From Methylotenera sp. (lineage in GTDB: Bacteria; Pseudomonadota; Gammaproteobacteria; Burkholderiales; Methylophilaceae): a stretch of DNA of 64,000 nt. Location: NCBI GenBank assembly GCA_031381645.1, contig JANMYB010000044.1, forward strand, positions 8,842 to 72,841. The letters are read 5' to 3'. Position 1 is the first letter of the stretch. The number at the start of each line of letters is the position of its first letter. The translations under genes and the position numbers were made by a program. Positions 16,476-27,424 of the stretch are shown here, in pieces. The notes under the pieces were generated by a model, which made no database searches, was not told the DNA's origin, and worked only from the letters and a program-made list of their open reading frames with translations.

Positions 16476-16952
16476 TTATTTCGCAGACCAATCGCCAGAC
16501 TTTCCACCGCTTTTTTCTAGCAATTTAATATCGCTCATCGTCATGCCGCGGTCAACGGCTTTGCACATATCGTAAATCGTCAGTAAACCCACGCTCACAG
16601 CGGTAAGCGCCTCCATCTCGACACCAGTTTGGCCAGTGGTTTCGGTGGTAGCGGTGCAAGTAATCGAAGTCGTCTTTTCGTCGATCTCAAACGTTATGGA
16701 TACCTTAGTGAGCGCAATGGGATGGCACAATGGAATTAAATCAGCGGTTTTTTTACTGGCTTGAATTGCTGCAATACGCGCGATGCCAAGCACATCACCT
16801 TTCTTGGCATCACCTTGCAAAATGAGCTTTAAAGTACTTGGCAATATGGAAATAATGCCGCTGGCAACCGCTTTGCGCTTGGTCTGTAGCTTGTCGCCTA
16901 CATCTACCATGTGCGCTTGGCCGCTAGAGTCGAAGTGCGTGAGTTTGCTCAT
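16476..16952 (-). CDS. moaC: Cyclic pyranopterin monophosphate synthase
   Basis: [29 protein letters not shown] motifs. Confidence 0.92.
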   Translation of the reverse strand: MSKLTHFDSSGQAHMVDVGDKLQTKRKAVASGIISILPSTLKLILQGDAKKGDVLGIARIAAIQASKKTADLIPLCHPIALTKVSITFEIDEKTTSITCTATTETTGQTGVEMEALTAVSVGLLTIYDMCKAVDRGMTMSDIKLLEKSGGKSGDWSAK

Positions 16953-17014
16953 TGCTTACTTTCTATTTATCATTCGGCGTGAACTTGCCGCCTAAAGGCA
17001 TTATCATAACAATA

Positions 17015-18514
17015 ATGAAATTAAAGACCATCATATTTATCACTCTACTGAGCGCAAACTTTGCATTTGCTGAAAACGCGACAAAGCCGTCATTAACTGG
17101 TAAGCCTTACGAAAGTCCGACCAATTTAGACACCAGCCTGCCCGATTTGGGTGATGTTTCGCAAACTGTGCTGACGCCGCAAGATGAGCAATACATTGGG
17201 GATCAGATCATGCGCGAAGTGGCCGTGAGCGACGAAGTGTTGCAAGATGTTGAAGTGAATGATTACTTGCAAGCGTTAGGCAATAAATTAGCGGCTGCCA
17301 GTCCAGATAAGCAACAAAAATTCACTTTTTTTGTGGTGCGAGATAATTCAATTAACGCCTTTGCCATGCCAGGAGGTGTGGTTGGCGTGCATACAGGACT
17401 GATATTAGCAAATAATAGCGAATCGGAACTCGCGAGTGTGCTTGGGCATGAAATTGGCCATGTGACTCAAAGACATTTGGCAAGAATGTTAGCAAAGCAA
17501 AAAACCGATATGTTTAAAAATATTGGCAGTATTGCACTGGCCTTGCTGGTTGCGCGCGCAAATCCTGAGCTGGCTACAGGCGCGCTAACGGCGGCGTCGG
17601 CTGCAGGTGTGCAGCGCCAGCTAGATTACACGCGCGAGCATGAGCGCGAGGCCGACCGCGTAGGTTTAAGCATTTTAGACAGCGCAGGTTTTGATGTGCG
17701 CGCCATGCCTGCATTTTTTACCACATTGCAACGCGGCACACGCTTTAGTGATGGTGCTGCACCTAGCTTTTTGCGTACCCACCCACTCAATGCCGAGCGC
17801 ATTGCAGATGTGTCGAATCGTGTCGAAACCATGCCCTATAAACAAGTGGCGGATAGCTTAGAGTTTAATTTGGTAAAGGCTAAATTGCGCGCAGGCAATG
17901 GCTTGGCGCAAGATGCGATAGACCAATTTCAAGATAATCTTAAAGAAAGGCGTTTTGCCAGCGAAACCGCCGAGCATTATGGCCTAGCATTGGCGATGTT
18001 GCGCAAAAATGACTTGGTAGGCACGCAAAATCAAGTGAAATGGCTAAAAACTAATGCGCCTAAAAATGCGTATATCGAGAATTTAATCGCGCGTCTAGAG
18101 GTGGCGCGCAATAATCCACAAGCCGCTGCTAGTCAATATGCGAAAAGTCTAGCGCTTTATCCAAACTATCGTTCGCTCATTTACGGTTATTCAGAGCACT
18201 TTTTGGCGATTAATCAGCCCGATAAAGCCATCAAATTGGTACAAGATAAGCGCGCGCTGTATCCAAATGATGCATATTTTTATACGATTTTAGCTAAAGC
18301 ATATACTGCAAAAAACAAAAATTTATTGCGTTTTCAGGCGCAAGGCGAGGCATATTATCGACAATATAATTTGAAAAAAGCCATAGAACAAATGGAGTTT
18401 GCCACCAAAGCCAAAGATGGTAACTTTTATGAGCAGTCGATTGTGGAGGCGCGTTTGAAGGAGCTACGCCGCTTGCAAGAAAACGAAAAGCTCGCTGAGG
18501 AAAGACTAAGTTAA
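17015..18514 (+). CDS. bepA: M48-family periplasmic metalloprotease with TPR repeats (BepA/YfgC-like)
   Basis: HEIGH zinc motif, signal peptide starting at MKLKTIIFITLL, and a TPR-like C-terminus. The internal start at 17015 is preferred. Confidence 0.85.
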   Translation: MKLKTIIFITLLSANFAFAENATKPSLTGKPYESPTNLDTSLPDLGDVSQTVLTPQDEQYIGDQIMREVAVSDEVLQDVEVNDYLQALGNKLAAASPDKQQKFTFFVVRDNSINAFAMPGGVVGVHTGLILANNSESELASVLGHEIGHVTQRHLARMLAKQKTDMFKNIGSIALALLVARANPELATGALTAASAAGVQRQLDYTREHEREADRVGLSILDSAGFDVRAMPAFFTTLQRGTRFSDGAAPSFLRTHPLNAERIADVSNRVETMPYKQVADSLEFNLVKAKLRAGNGLAQDAIDQFQDNLKERRFASETAEHYGLALAMLRKNDLVGTQNQVKWLKTNAPKNAYIENLIARLEVARNNPQAAASQYAKSLALYPNYRSLIYGYSEHFLAINQPDKAIKLVQDKRALYPNDAYFYTILAKAYTAKNKNLLRFQAQGEAYYRQYNLKKAIEQMEFATKAKDGNFYEQSIVEARLKELRRLQENEKLAEERLS

Positions 18515-18957
18515 TGCAGCGTAGAGACTTTTTAAACGTTTTAGTTGTCAGTTTGGGAGGCTCTCTATTACTGCCTCTCAGAGCTATTGCTGTAGTATGG
18601 AACAAAGCCGCTTTTGAAGCGATTAAACTGGAAGAAGCTGAGAAAATATTAGCAGTTAATGGCGAAGTTTTAAGCAAAGATATTCAAATTATCGCGCCAG
18701 ATAAGGCTGAAAACGGCGCGATAGTGCAGTTGGAAGTTTTAAGTCGCATTCCAAATACCGAGGCGATTGCAATATTTGTTGAGAAAAATCCAACTGCACT
18801 CATAGGCAATTTTATGTTCAGTAATGGTGCGCTACCACAATTGGTAACTCGCATCAAAATGGCCGAAACAAGCGATATTAAAATTGTTGTAAAAGCTGGT
18901 GAGCAATATTATACCGCTTCAAAAAATGTTGTTGTGCTGGAGAATGGGTGCGGCTGA
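18514..18957 (+). CDS. soxY: Thiosulfate-oxidation carrier protein SoxY
   Basis: Tat-type signal MQRRDFL and the diagnostic C-terminal ..ENGCG swinging-arm motif. Confidence 0.8.
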   Translation: MQRRDFLNVLVVSLGGSLLLPLRAIAVVWNKAAFEAIKLEEAEKILAVNGEVLSKDIQIIAPDKAENGAIVQLEVLSRIPNTEAIAIFVEKNPTALIGNFMFSNGALPQLVTRIKMAETSDIKIVVKAGEQYYTASKNVVVLENGCG

Positions 18958-19274
18958 TGGATAACAATATGAAAATGCGTGCTAAGTTAAAGGGTGAAAT
19001 TACAGAAGTGAAAGTAATTATCAGCCACTCCATGGAAACAGGGCGCAAAAAAGATGATTTCGGCGCGTTTATTCCTGCACATTTTATTCAATTAGTGACC
19101 GCTACTTTAAACGAAAAACCTGTGTTAGAAATGCAGTGGGGGACGGGAATTTCTAAAAATCCTTATCTCACTTTTTACCTAAAAGGCGCAAAAGTTGGAG
19201 ATAGAATTAGCGTGACTTGGCACGACAACTTAGGTGAAACTGCTTCTAGCGAGATTGCTATTGCACTAGCTTAA
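18957..19274 (+). CDS. soxZ: SoxZ
   Basis: About 105 aa with a TGATG overlap onto soxY. The KMRAKLKGEITEVKVIISHSMETG pattern is typical of SoxZ. Confidence 0.75.
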   Translation: MDNNMKMRAKLKGEITEVKVIISHSMETGRKKDDFGAFIPAHFIQLVTATLNEKPVLEMQWGTGISKNPYLTFYLKGAKVGDRISVTWHDNLGETASSEIAIALA

Positions 19275-19287
19275 AGAGCCGTCTATT

Positions 19288-19476
19288 CTATTGTTTGACT
19301 TTGCAGGTATTGATGCCCAGTAAACTCCAAGCCCCGCAAAATCCCATCAAGCCAGTTGCCAGTATCACAACACCTATCCAAGCCCATACTGGGCCACCAA
19401 GTAATGCCCAGGCGATTAAAGCTAGTCCTGCCACAATACGTATTACACGATCAATACCACCCACATTTGCGTTCAT
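19288..19476 (-). CDS. DUF2892 (YgaP-like) small membrane protein
   Basis: MNANVGGIDRVIRIVAG followed by two TM helices. The start at Met12 is chosen from AAGGA spacing and is uncertain. Confidence 0.7.
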   Translation of the reverse strand: MNANVGGIDRVIRIVAGLALIAWALLGGPVWAWIGVVILATGLMGFCGAWSLLGINTCKVKQ

Positions 19477-19568
19477 TTTCATTTCCTTATCAATAAAGAA
19501 ACTCATCATTAAAATAGCACTTCCGTATTATGCTTTTATAATGGCGTTAAACAGTGATTTTAGTTACA

Positions 19569-21221
19569 TTAAACAGGCTTGCAGATACTTAAAGCGACCG
19601 CTTCGGCTACTTTTATGCCATCGACGCCAGCCGATAAAATTCCGCCTGCGTAACCTGCACCTTCGCCGCATGGATACAAGCCTTTGGTGTTGATGCTTTG
19701 TAGCGTTTCATCATCGCGCTTGATGCGAATGGGGCTTGAAGTGCGCGTTTCCACGCCCGTTAAAAGGCCATCGGCCAAATCATAACCTTTTATTTGCTTG
19801 GCAAATGCGGGAATCGCTTCTCGAATCGCGCTAATAGCAAATTCTGGCAAGGCAGTTTCTAAGTTAGTTAAATGCACACCTGGCGTGTAACTTGGCTGCA
19901 CTTCGCCAAATGTTGTACTTGGTTTATTGGCTAAAAATTCACCAATCAATTGCCCAGGAGCCTCATAGCTATTGCCTCCTAGGGCATAGGCTTTTGCTTC
20001 TAATTCGCGTTGTAAATACATACCAGCTAGTGGACCATATTCACTAGAATCAGCTGGAAAATCCACTTCTGGCGTAATGCCCACCACAATGCCAGCGTTG
20101 GCATTACGCTCGTTTCGGCTGTATTGGCTCATGCCGTTGGTCACCACGCAACCCACTTCAGAGGCAGATGCCACAACTGTGCCACCAGGGCACATGCAAA
20201 AGCTATATACGCTGCGGCCGTTGCTGGCGTGATGCACCAATTTATATTCTGCCGAGCCTAATTTGCTTAATATATCTTCAGAATAGCTCTTGCCGTAACG
20301 CGCTTTGTCGATGAGGCTTTGCGGATGCTCGATGCGAAAACCGATTGAAAACGGCTTGGCCTCGATGTAGATATTTTTACGATGAATCATTTCAAATGTG
20401 TCGCGCGCGCTGTGGCCGACAGCCAAAATTAAATGATTCGTCGTAATCCGTTCGCCGCTGGCCAGCACCACACCCTGTACTTCACCATTTTCTATTTCAA
20501 TATCATCCACGCGGGCTTCAAAACGAATCTCACCACCCAGCGATTCAATGGTTTTGCGCATTTCTTCCACCATGCCGACTAATCTAAAAGTGCCGATATG
20601 CGGATGGCTGACGTACATGATTTCTTCTGGCGCACCCGCTTTTACAAACTCTTGAATCACTTTGCGGCCGTAATGTTTCGGGTCTTTAATCTGGCTGTAA
20701 AGCTTGCCGTCAGAGAATGTACCCGCACCGCCTTCGCCAAATTGCACGTTCGATTCTGGATTGAGTTTGCCTTTACGCCAAAAATCCCAGGTGTCTTTGG
20801 TGCGCTCGCGTACAGCTTTACCGCGTTCTAGCACAATCGGCTTAAAGCCAGATTGCGCCAAAATCAGTGCCGCAAAAATACCCGCAGGGCCAAAGCCGAT
20901 GATGACAGGACGTGATTTAATTGAGGCCAGTGCAGTTGCAACAAATTTGTAAGAAATATCAGGGCTTGTCTTTACATGCGGGTCACGGCTTAGTTTGGCC
21001 AACACTTTAGCTTCGTCATTTACCGTTACATCTAGCGAATAAACCAATAGTATCGAATTGGTTTTGCGTGCATCCACACCACGTTTGAAGATTGAAAAAT
21101 CAAGTAAATCAGACGCGTTAATGGCCAATTTTTTGATGATAGCCGCTCTGATTTCGGCATCTGTGTGCCCTTTGCCTGTAGCGGAAGTGAGTGGTAATTT
21201 TATTTCTGTAATGCGTAACAT
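19569..21221 (-). CDS. FAD-dependent dehydrogenase (COG2509-like)
   Basis: IIGFGPAG dinucleotide-binding motif. About 550 aa, an architecture typical of this family. Confidence 0.8.
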   Translation of the reverse strand: MLRITEIKLPLTSATGKGHTDAEIRAAIIKKLAINASDLLDFSIFKRGVDARKTNSILLVYSLDVTVNDEAKVLAKLSRDPHVKTSPDISYKFVATALASIKSRPVIIGFGPAGIFAALILAQSGFKPIVLERGKAVRERTKDTWDFWRKGKLNPESNVQFGEGGAGTFSDGKLYSQIKDPKHYGRKVIQEFVKAGAPEEIMYVSHPHIGTFRLVGMVEEMRKTIESLGGEIRFEARVDDIEIENGEVQGVVLASGERITTNHLILAVGHSARDTFEMIHRKNIYIEAKPFSIGFRIEHPQSLIDKARYGKSYSEDILSKLGSAEYKLVHHASNGRSVYSFCMCPGGTVVASASEVGCVVTNGMSQYSRNERNANAGIVVGITPEVDFPADSSEYGPLAGMYLQRELEAKAYALGGNSYEAPGQLIGEFLANKPSTTFGEVQPSYTPGVHLTNLETALPEFAISAIREAIPAFAKQIKGYDLADGLLTGVETRTSSPIRIKRDDETLQSINTKGLYPCGEGAGYAGGILSAGVDGIKVAEAVALSICKPV

Positions 21222-21286
21222 AATTCACCTTAAGGATAGTATTTATCTATCATTTGGTTTATTGTAGGGAAACATTCTACAGGATA

Positions 21287-21892
21287 TTAAATATTTAATT
21301 CCAGTTGCAACAACTTCTTCAGCATCGGCACCGTGATCGGTTTGTGAGCAGTCAGCGACCACTCATCTAATGCATCTAAAATCGCCATCAGCGTGGGTAA
21401 ATCGCGGCGTAAATAGCGTAAACAATATTCAGTGACTTCGTCGGGCAGCTTCATGCCGCGTTCTTTGGCGTGCTGTTTTAAGGCTTGCGCTTTTTCTTCG
21501 TCATTGAGCGGATGCAGCTGATACACCAAGCCCCAAGCCAGTCGGGTGGCTAAATCATCGCGCAAATTCATCTGATTTGGTGCGTGCAAACCTGCGGTTA
21601 TCAAAATACCGTCTTCAGCTTTTATTTGATTGTAGGTATTAAATAATGCAATTTGCGCATCATTATCGAGTAAATTAACATCGTCTGCAACCCGCATGGA
21701 TATTGCCTCACAGGCCGATAATAAATGACTTTTCCCACTGCCTTTTTCGCCCCAAAGGTAGATAAAATGAGATTGAGCAGTGTTATTTATTAGGGCTTGC
21801 AAGCTGGCAATCGCTTCGGTGTTGCGTCCAGCGACAAAGTTTTGTAGCGATGGCGCTGCGGCTGGTTTTATGTCTAAAAGTAATTGCTTCAT
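21287..21892 (-). CDS. hda: DnaA regulatory inactivator Hda
   Basis: AAA+ core GEKGSGKSHLL. Short, DnaA domain III-like length. Confidence 0.8.
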   Translation of the reverse strand: MKQLLLDIKPAAAPSLQNFVAGRNTEAIASLQALINNTAQSHFIYLWGEKGSGKSHLLSACEAISMRVADDVNLLDNDAQIALFNTYNQIKAEDGILITAGLHAPNQMNLRDDLATRLAWGLVYQLHPLNDEEKAQALKQHAKERGMKLPDEVTEYCLRYLRRDLPTLMAILDALDEWSLTAHKPITVPMLKKLLQLELNI

Positions 21893-21898
21893 GCTGCG

Positions 21899-22993
21899 CT
21901 ATTTTAAATAGGCATCGCTACCCAAATAATTGTCTTTGGTGTGGCGCAAACCTACTGCAATTGCGGCGCTAACAGGTAAAGCTAGTAATACGCCCGCAAA
22001 GCCAAACAATTGGCCACCTGCCAGTAAAGAGAAAATCACAACAACAGGATGTAAGCCAATACGGTCGCCGACCAGCTTGGGGGTGATAAAATTGCTCTCA
22101 ATTAACTGGCCAATGCCAAATACCAGCAAAACAGGGATTAACTGGTCAAAACTGTTAAATTGTAATGTTCCCGCCAATAACGCCAAGCCCATGCCTATGG
22201 CCGGACCTAAATAAGGCACAAAACCTAATAGGCCTGCAATTAAGCCAATTGGTAGCGCCATATCTAAGCCAGCTAGCCACAATCCCGCGGCATAAAAAAC
22301 ACTCATTAACATCATCACCGTAAGCTGCCCGCGTAAAAATTCTGCCAGCATTTGGTCGATTTCTTGTGTAATTTCTGTGGCTTTGCCTATGATGTCGCGT
22401 GGAATTAGCTGACCAATACCCGCTATTACCTCATCCCAGTCGCGTAGCAGATAAAACAGTACAACAGGTAGCAACAAAATATTAGCAATAATGCCAATAA
22501 GCGCCATGCTATTGTTGCCCGCTGTTTGCAGCACATCCGCAAGAATATTGCCTGCAGTTTTCCAATTTTTGGTAATCACGTCTTGAATTTGCGTGCTATC
22601 AATGGCCAAGCTAATACCCAGCTTGGATTGTAACCAAGGCTCAATAGTGGCGCGCAGGTTGCTGATAACTCCTGGCAAACGTTCCACAATCAGCATCGAT
22701 TGCTTTTGTAGCAAAGGAATTATAATGAGTAACAGCAGCGTAATAATGCCCAAAATCACCAGCATGACCAGCACTGTGGCGGGTGTGCGGCCTAGCTTAT
22801 TTTTGTGTGTGCCCCACAGACTAATTTTATCGACCAGCGGATCACAAATATAAGCCAAAATCGCCGCAACTAAAAACGGCGTCAGCACGGGCAGCAGAAA
22901 ATAAAATACCACTAAAAAAATCGCGCTTAAAATTAGCCAGCGATTATTTGTAAGCAGATTGCCAGAATTGTTGTTTTGGGGTTTATTGACCAT
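21899..22993 (-). CDS. AI-2E family transporter (PerM-like)
   Basis: Eight TM helices with a family-typical C-terminal region. Confidence 0.85.
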   Translation of the reverse strand: MVNKPQNNNSGNLLTNNRWLILSAIFLVVFYFLLPVLTPFLVAAILAYICDPLVDKISLWGTHKNKLGRTPATVLVMLVILGIITLLLLIIIPLLQKQSMLIVERLPGVISNLRATIEPWLQSKLGISLAIDSTQIQDVITKNWKTAGNILADVLQTAGNNSMALIGIIANILLLPVVLFYLLRDWDEVIAGIGQLIPRDIIGKATEITQEIDQMLAEFLRGQLTVMMLMSVFYAAGLWLAGLDMALPIGLIAGLLGFVPYLGPAIGMGLALLAGTLQFNSFDQLIPVLLVFGIGQLIESNFITPKLVGDRIGLHPVVVIFSLLAGGQLFGFAGVLLALPVSAAIAVGLRHTKDNYLGSDAYLK

Positions 22994-23076
22994 ATGAGTT
23001 AAAATTATACTTTAAGTTAAACCATTCACTAAAGTTATACCAATTGTTAACGCATTAAATTGAATCGAGATTAGTT

Positions 23077-24126
23077 TTGAACACAAATACTCCCAATACA
23101 AGCTCAATTAGCTACCGCGATGCGGGTGTAGATATTGAAGCGGGCGACGTGCTGGTTGAACAAATTAAACCGTTCGCTAAGCGCACTATGCGGCCAGAAG
23201 TGCTGGCGGGCATTGGTGGTTTTGGCTCACTTTTCGAGATGCCGAAAAAGTTTAAAAATCCAGTGTTGGTTTCTGGCACCGATGGCGTGGGTACTAAGCT
23301 TAAACTGGCTTTTGAGCTGAATAAGCATGATACTGTGGGCATTGATTTAGTCGCCATGAGTGTCAACGATATTCTCGTGCAAGGCGCAGAGCCGCTATTT
23401 TTCCTCGATTATTTCGCTTGCGGCAAGTTAGAAGTGGGCGTGGCGGCGCAAGTGATTAAAGGCATTGCCGAAGGTTGCGAGCAATCTGGCTGCGCCTTAG
23501 TGGGTGGCGAAACCGCAGAAATGCCTGGCATGTACCCCGCGGGCGAGTATGATTTGGCGGGCTTTGCGGTGGGTTGCGTGGATAAAGAAAAAATCATTAA
23601 TGGTTTAAGCATTGCTGCGGGTGATGTGCTGCTGGGCTTGGCTTCTAGTGGAGCACACTCTAATGGCTATTCGCTGATTCGCAAACTGATTGCGAATTCT
23701 GGCATCGATTTTGATTCAGACTTTTATGGCAGAAAATTTAAAGACGTGGTGATGGCACCGACTAAAATTTACGTGAAATCGCTGTTAAAATTGATTGATG
23801 CGTTGCCTGTAAAAGGCATGGCGCACATTACTGGCGGCGGTATTACCGAGAATATTCCGCGCGTATTACCTGCTGGCTTAATAGCTGAAATTAACGGTAA
23901 AAGCTGGCAGCTGCCGCAATTGTTTCAATGGCTGCAGGTGCAAGGTAATATTACGCACAGAGAAATGTACAAAACCTTTAACTGCGGCATTGGCATGGCG
24001 GTGATTGTAGCTAAAGAAGATGCTGCACAGGCAATCGCCTTATTGCAAGTCAATGGTGAAACCGTGTACGAAATTGGCCTAATTCGCGCTCAAAACGCGG
24101 GTGAAGCGCCGACTATTATTGTTTAA
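23077..24126 (+). CDS. purM: Phosphoribosylformylglycinamidine cyclo-ligase
   Basis: [12 protein letters not shown] and GTDGVGTKL motifs. TTG start. Confidence 0.95.
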   Translation: MNTNTPNTSSISYRDAGVDIEAGDVLVEQIKPFAKRTMRPEVLAGIGGFGSLFEMPKKFKNPVLVSGTDGVGTKLKLAFELNKHDTVGIDLVAMSVNDILVQGAEPLFFLDYFACGKLEVGVAAQVIKGIAEGCEQSGCALVGGETAEMPGMYPAGEYDLAGFAVGCVDKEKIINGLSIAAGDVLLGLASSGAHSNGYSLIRKLIANSGIDFDSDFYGRKFKDVVMAPTKIYVKSLLKLIDALPVKGMAHITGGGITENIPRVLPAGLIAEINGKSWQLPQLFQWLQVQGNITHREMYKTFNCGIGMAVIVAKEDAAQAIALLQVNGETVYEIGLIRAQNAGEAPTIIV

Positions 24127-24181
24127 TTGACAACTTGTTTTGTGTCCAAGCGTTAAGTGCTTTTAAACTTGAAAGAAACGC

Positions 24182-24863
24182 ATGTTAAAACTAACGCAGT
24201 TCATTGTTTTATTTTTTCTAGGGACAAATCTAGCATTTGCATATCCTAAAAACATTCAACTTGAGTACGATGTAGCGCGAAATGGCAAATTGTTTGCCAA
24301 GGTGAAAGAAACCTTCGCGCAAAATGGCAAGCAATACCGTATTAAATCTATAACCAAGGGCATTGGTGTTTATGCACTAATGGGTGAGCGCACGCTTACC
24401 AGCATTGGCACGGTTACCAAAGACGGTTTAAAGCCAAGCCGCTTTGAGTTACATCAGGGGAAAAGTGCAAAAAAAACACTGATTGCTGATTTTAATTGGG
24501 CGAAAAGCACGCTCAATATGCAAGTAAAAGGTGAGAATAAAACTGAGCCTTTAGAAAAAGGTACACAAGATTTAGCCAGCTATTTGTATCAGTTTATGTT
24601 TAATCCGCCCACAAAAGATGAAGTAAATGTGACGATGACCACGGGCAAAAAGCTTCATGCTTACCAATATAAAGTGATGGCGCGCGGTTTAAAGTTGAAT
24701 ATCGCGAACGCGAGTTATAAAGCCTTGCATATTTCTAACGAGGCCGCGGCTGGTGACGACAAAAAACAGCTATGGTTGGCACAAGATCAGTATTATTTAC
24801 CTGTGCGTTATAAGCTAACGGATGAAGATGGTGATAATTTCGAGCAAACGCTAACGAAAATTC

Positions 24864-24874
<11 letters not shown>
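24182..24874 (+). CDS. DUF3108-like secreted protein
   Basis: Signal peptide. The C-terminal region is paralogous to the next gene (..QDLASYLYQFMF.. versus ..QDLLSFMYQFMY..). Confidence 0.7.
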
Positions 24875-25997
<1,123 letters not shown>

Positions 25998-26023
25998 TAA
26001 ATTAATTTTAATAAAGACAAACA

Positions 26024-27424
26024 ATGAATGCAAACTTAATCCGTCAGGCCGCTGTGGTGCTGGCAAATCTACTCGATTTTAACAGCCCAGCTGATGCTAA
26101 ACTGAGCGACTTTTTTCGCAATAATCGCGATTTAGGTACAAAGGATCGCGCTTTTGTGGCCGAGAGCGTTTATGGAGTTTTACGTCGTTTGCGTTTTCTA
26201 AGCACGGTTGCCGCGAATGAAGAAAATGACCCAGATGATGCGCGTAAGCTCATATTGGCGTGGTTGCTACGTGTGCAAGGTAAAAGCATACGCGAGATGG
26301 AATCGGTATTGAACGAGCAGCAAACTGAGTGGGCGCACACCATTAAAGCTAAATCTACTGAGAATTTACCTCTAGCGGTGCAGGCTGATGTGCGGGATTG
26401 GCTGTGGGAAAAGCTGGTGGCGCAATATGGTGAGGCGGAAGCGCTGACTATTTGCCGTAGCATGCACGAGCAAGCGAGTTTAGATTTACGGGTGAATACT
26501 ATTAAAAGTAACCGCGAAGATACACTAAAACGCATGTTGGCAGAAAATACTTCTAACGAAAACACCATAGAAATTACCCCACATGCGCCCTGCGGCATTC
26601 GCATGCCAGGGCGCATGAATATTAGTAAGCACGTACTTTTTACCGAAGGCAAGATTGAGGTGCAAGATGAAGGTAGCCAGCTTTTAAGTTATTTAGTTGC
26701 GCCAAAACGTGGGCAAATGGTGGCCGATTTATGCGCAGGCGCAGGTGGTAAAACGCTGGCCATTGGCGCGTTGATGAAAAATACCGGTCGACTTTATGCG
26801 TTTGATGTGTCAGAAAAACGCTTAATGAATTTGGGGAAACGCCTTAAACGTTCGGGCTTATCTAACCTGCATGCACAAGTGATTAGTGGAGAGACCGACC
26901 CAAAACTCAAACGCCTCAATGGCAAATTTGATCGCGTGTTGGTTGATGCACCATGTAGCGGTTTTGGCACATTGCGTCGAAATCCTGACCTTAAATGGCG
27001 CTTTGAACAAAAAGATATTGCAGAGCTGAGTATTAAACAAACTGCTATTTTAGCGCGCGCTGCCAAGCTCACTAAAGCTGGAGGACGCTTAATCTACGCC
27101 ACTTGTAGCTTATTACAGGACGAAAATGAAAATATCGCAGAAGCATTTTTAGGCGCACATCCTGAGTTTAGTTTAATGCCAGCCAGCGAGATTTTGAGTC
27201 AACAACAAATTAAATTGAATACTGGAAAATATTTAAAACTATTACCGCATTTACACGGCACAGACGGTTTTTTTGCGGCAGTGTTTGAGCGCAATGCAGA
27301 AAATGCTAAAGCAAAACCTGAGGCTAAATTAACTGGCGTAGAAGGCAGTTTCCATGCGGCTTCTGGCGTATCTGCTACAAAGACAAAAATTGCTAAAGTT
27401 AAGAAAATAAAAGCTACGCCATGA
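26024..27424 (+). CDS. rsmB: RsmB/NOP-family SAM-dependent rRNA m5C methyltransferase
   Basis: DLCAGAGGKT SAM motif, DAPCSG and ATCS catalytic Cys motifs. Lys-rich C-terminal tail. Confidence 0.8.
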   Translation: MNANLIRQAAVVLANLLDFNSPADAKLSDFFRNNRDLGTKDRAFVAESVYGVLRRLRFLSTVAANEENDPDDARKLILAWLLRVQGKSIREMESVLNEQQTEWAHTIKAKSTENLPLAVQADVRDWLWEKLVAQYGEAEALTICRSMHEQASLDLRVNTIKSNREDTLKRMLAENTSNENTIEITPHAPCGIRMPGRMNISKHVLFTEGKIEVQDEGSQLLSYLVAPKRGQMVADLCAGAGGKTLAIGALMKNTGRLYAFDVSEKRLMNLGKRLKRSGLSNLHAQVISGETDPKLKRLNGKFDRVLVDAPCSGFGTLRRNPDLKWRFEQKDIAELSIKQTAILARAAKLTKAGGRLIYATCSLLQDENENIAEAFLGAHPEFSLMPASEILSQQQIKLNTGKYLKLLPHLHGTDGFFAAVFERNAENAKAKPEAKLTGVEGSFHAASGVSATKTKIAKVKKIKATP

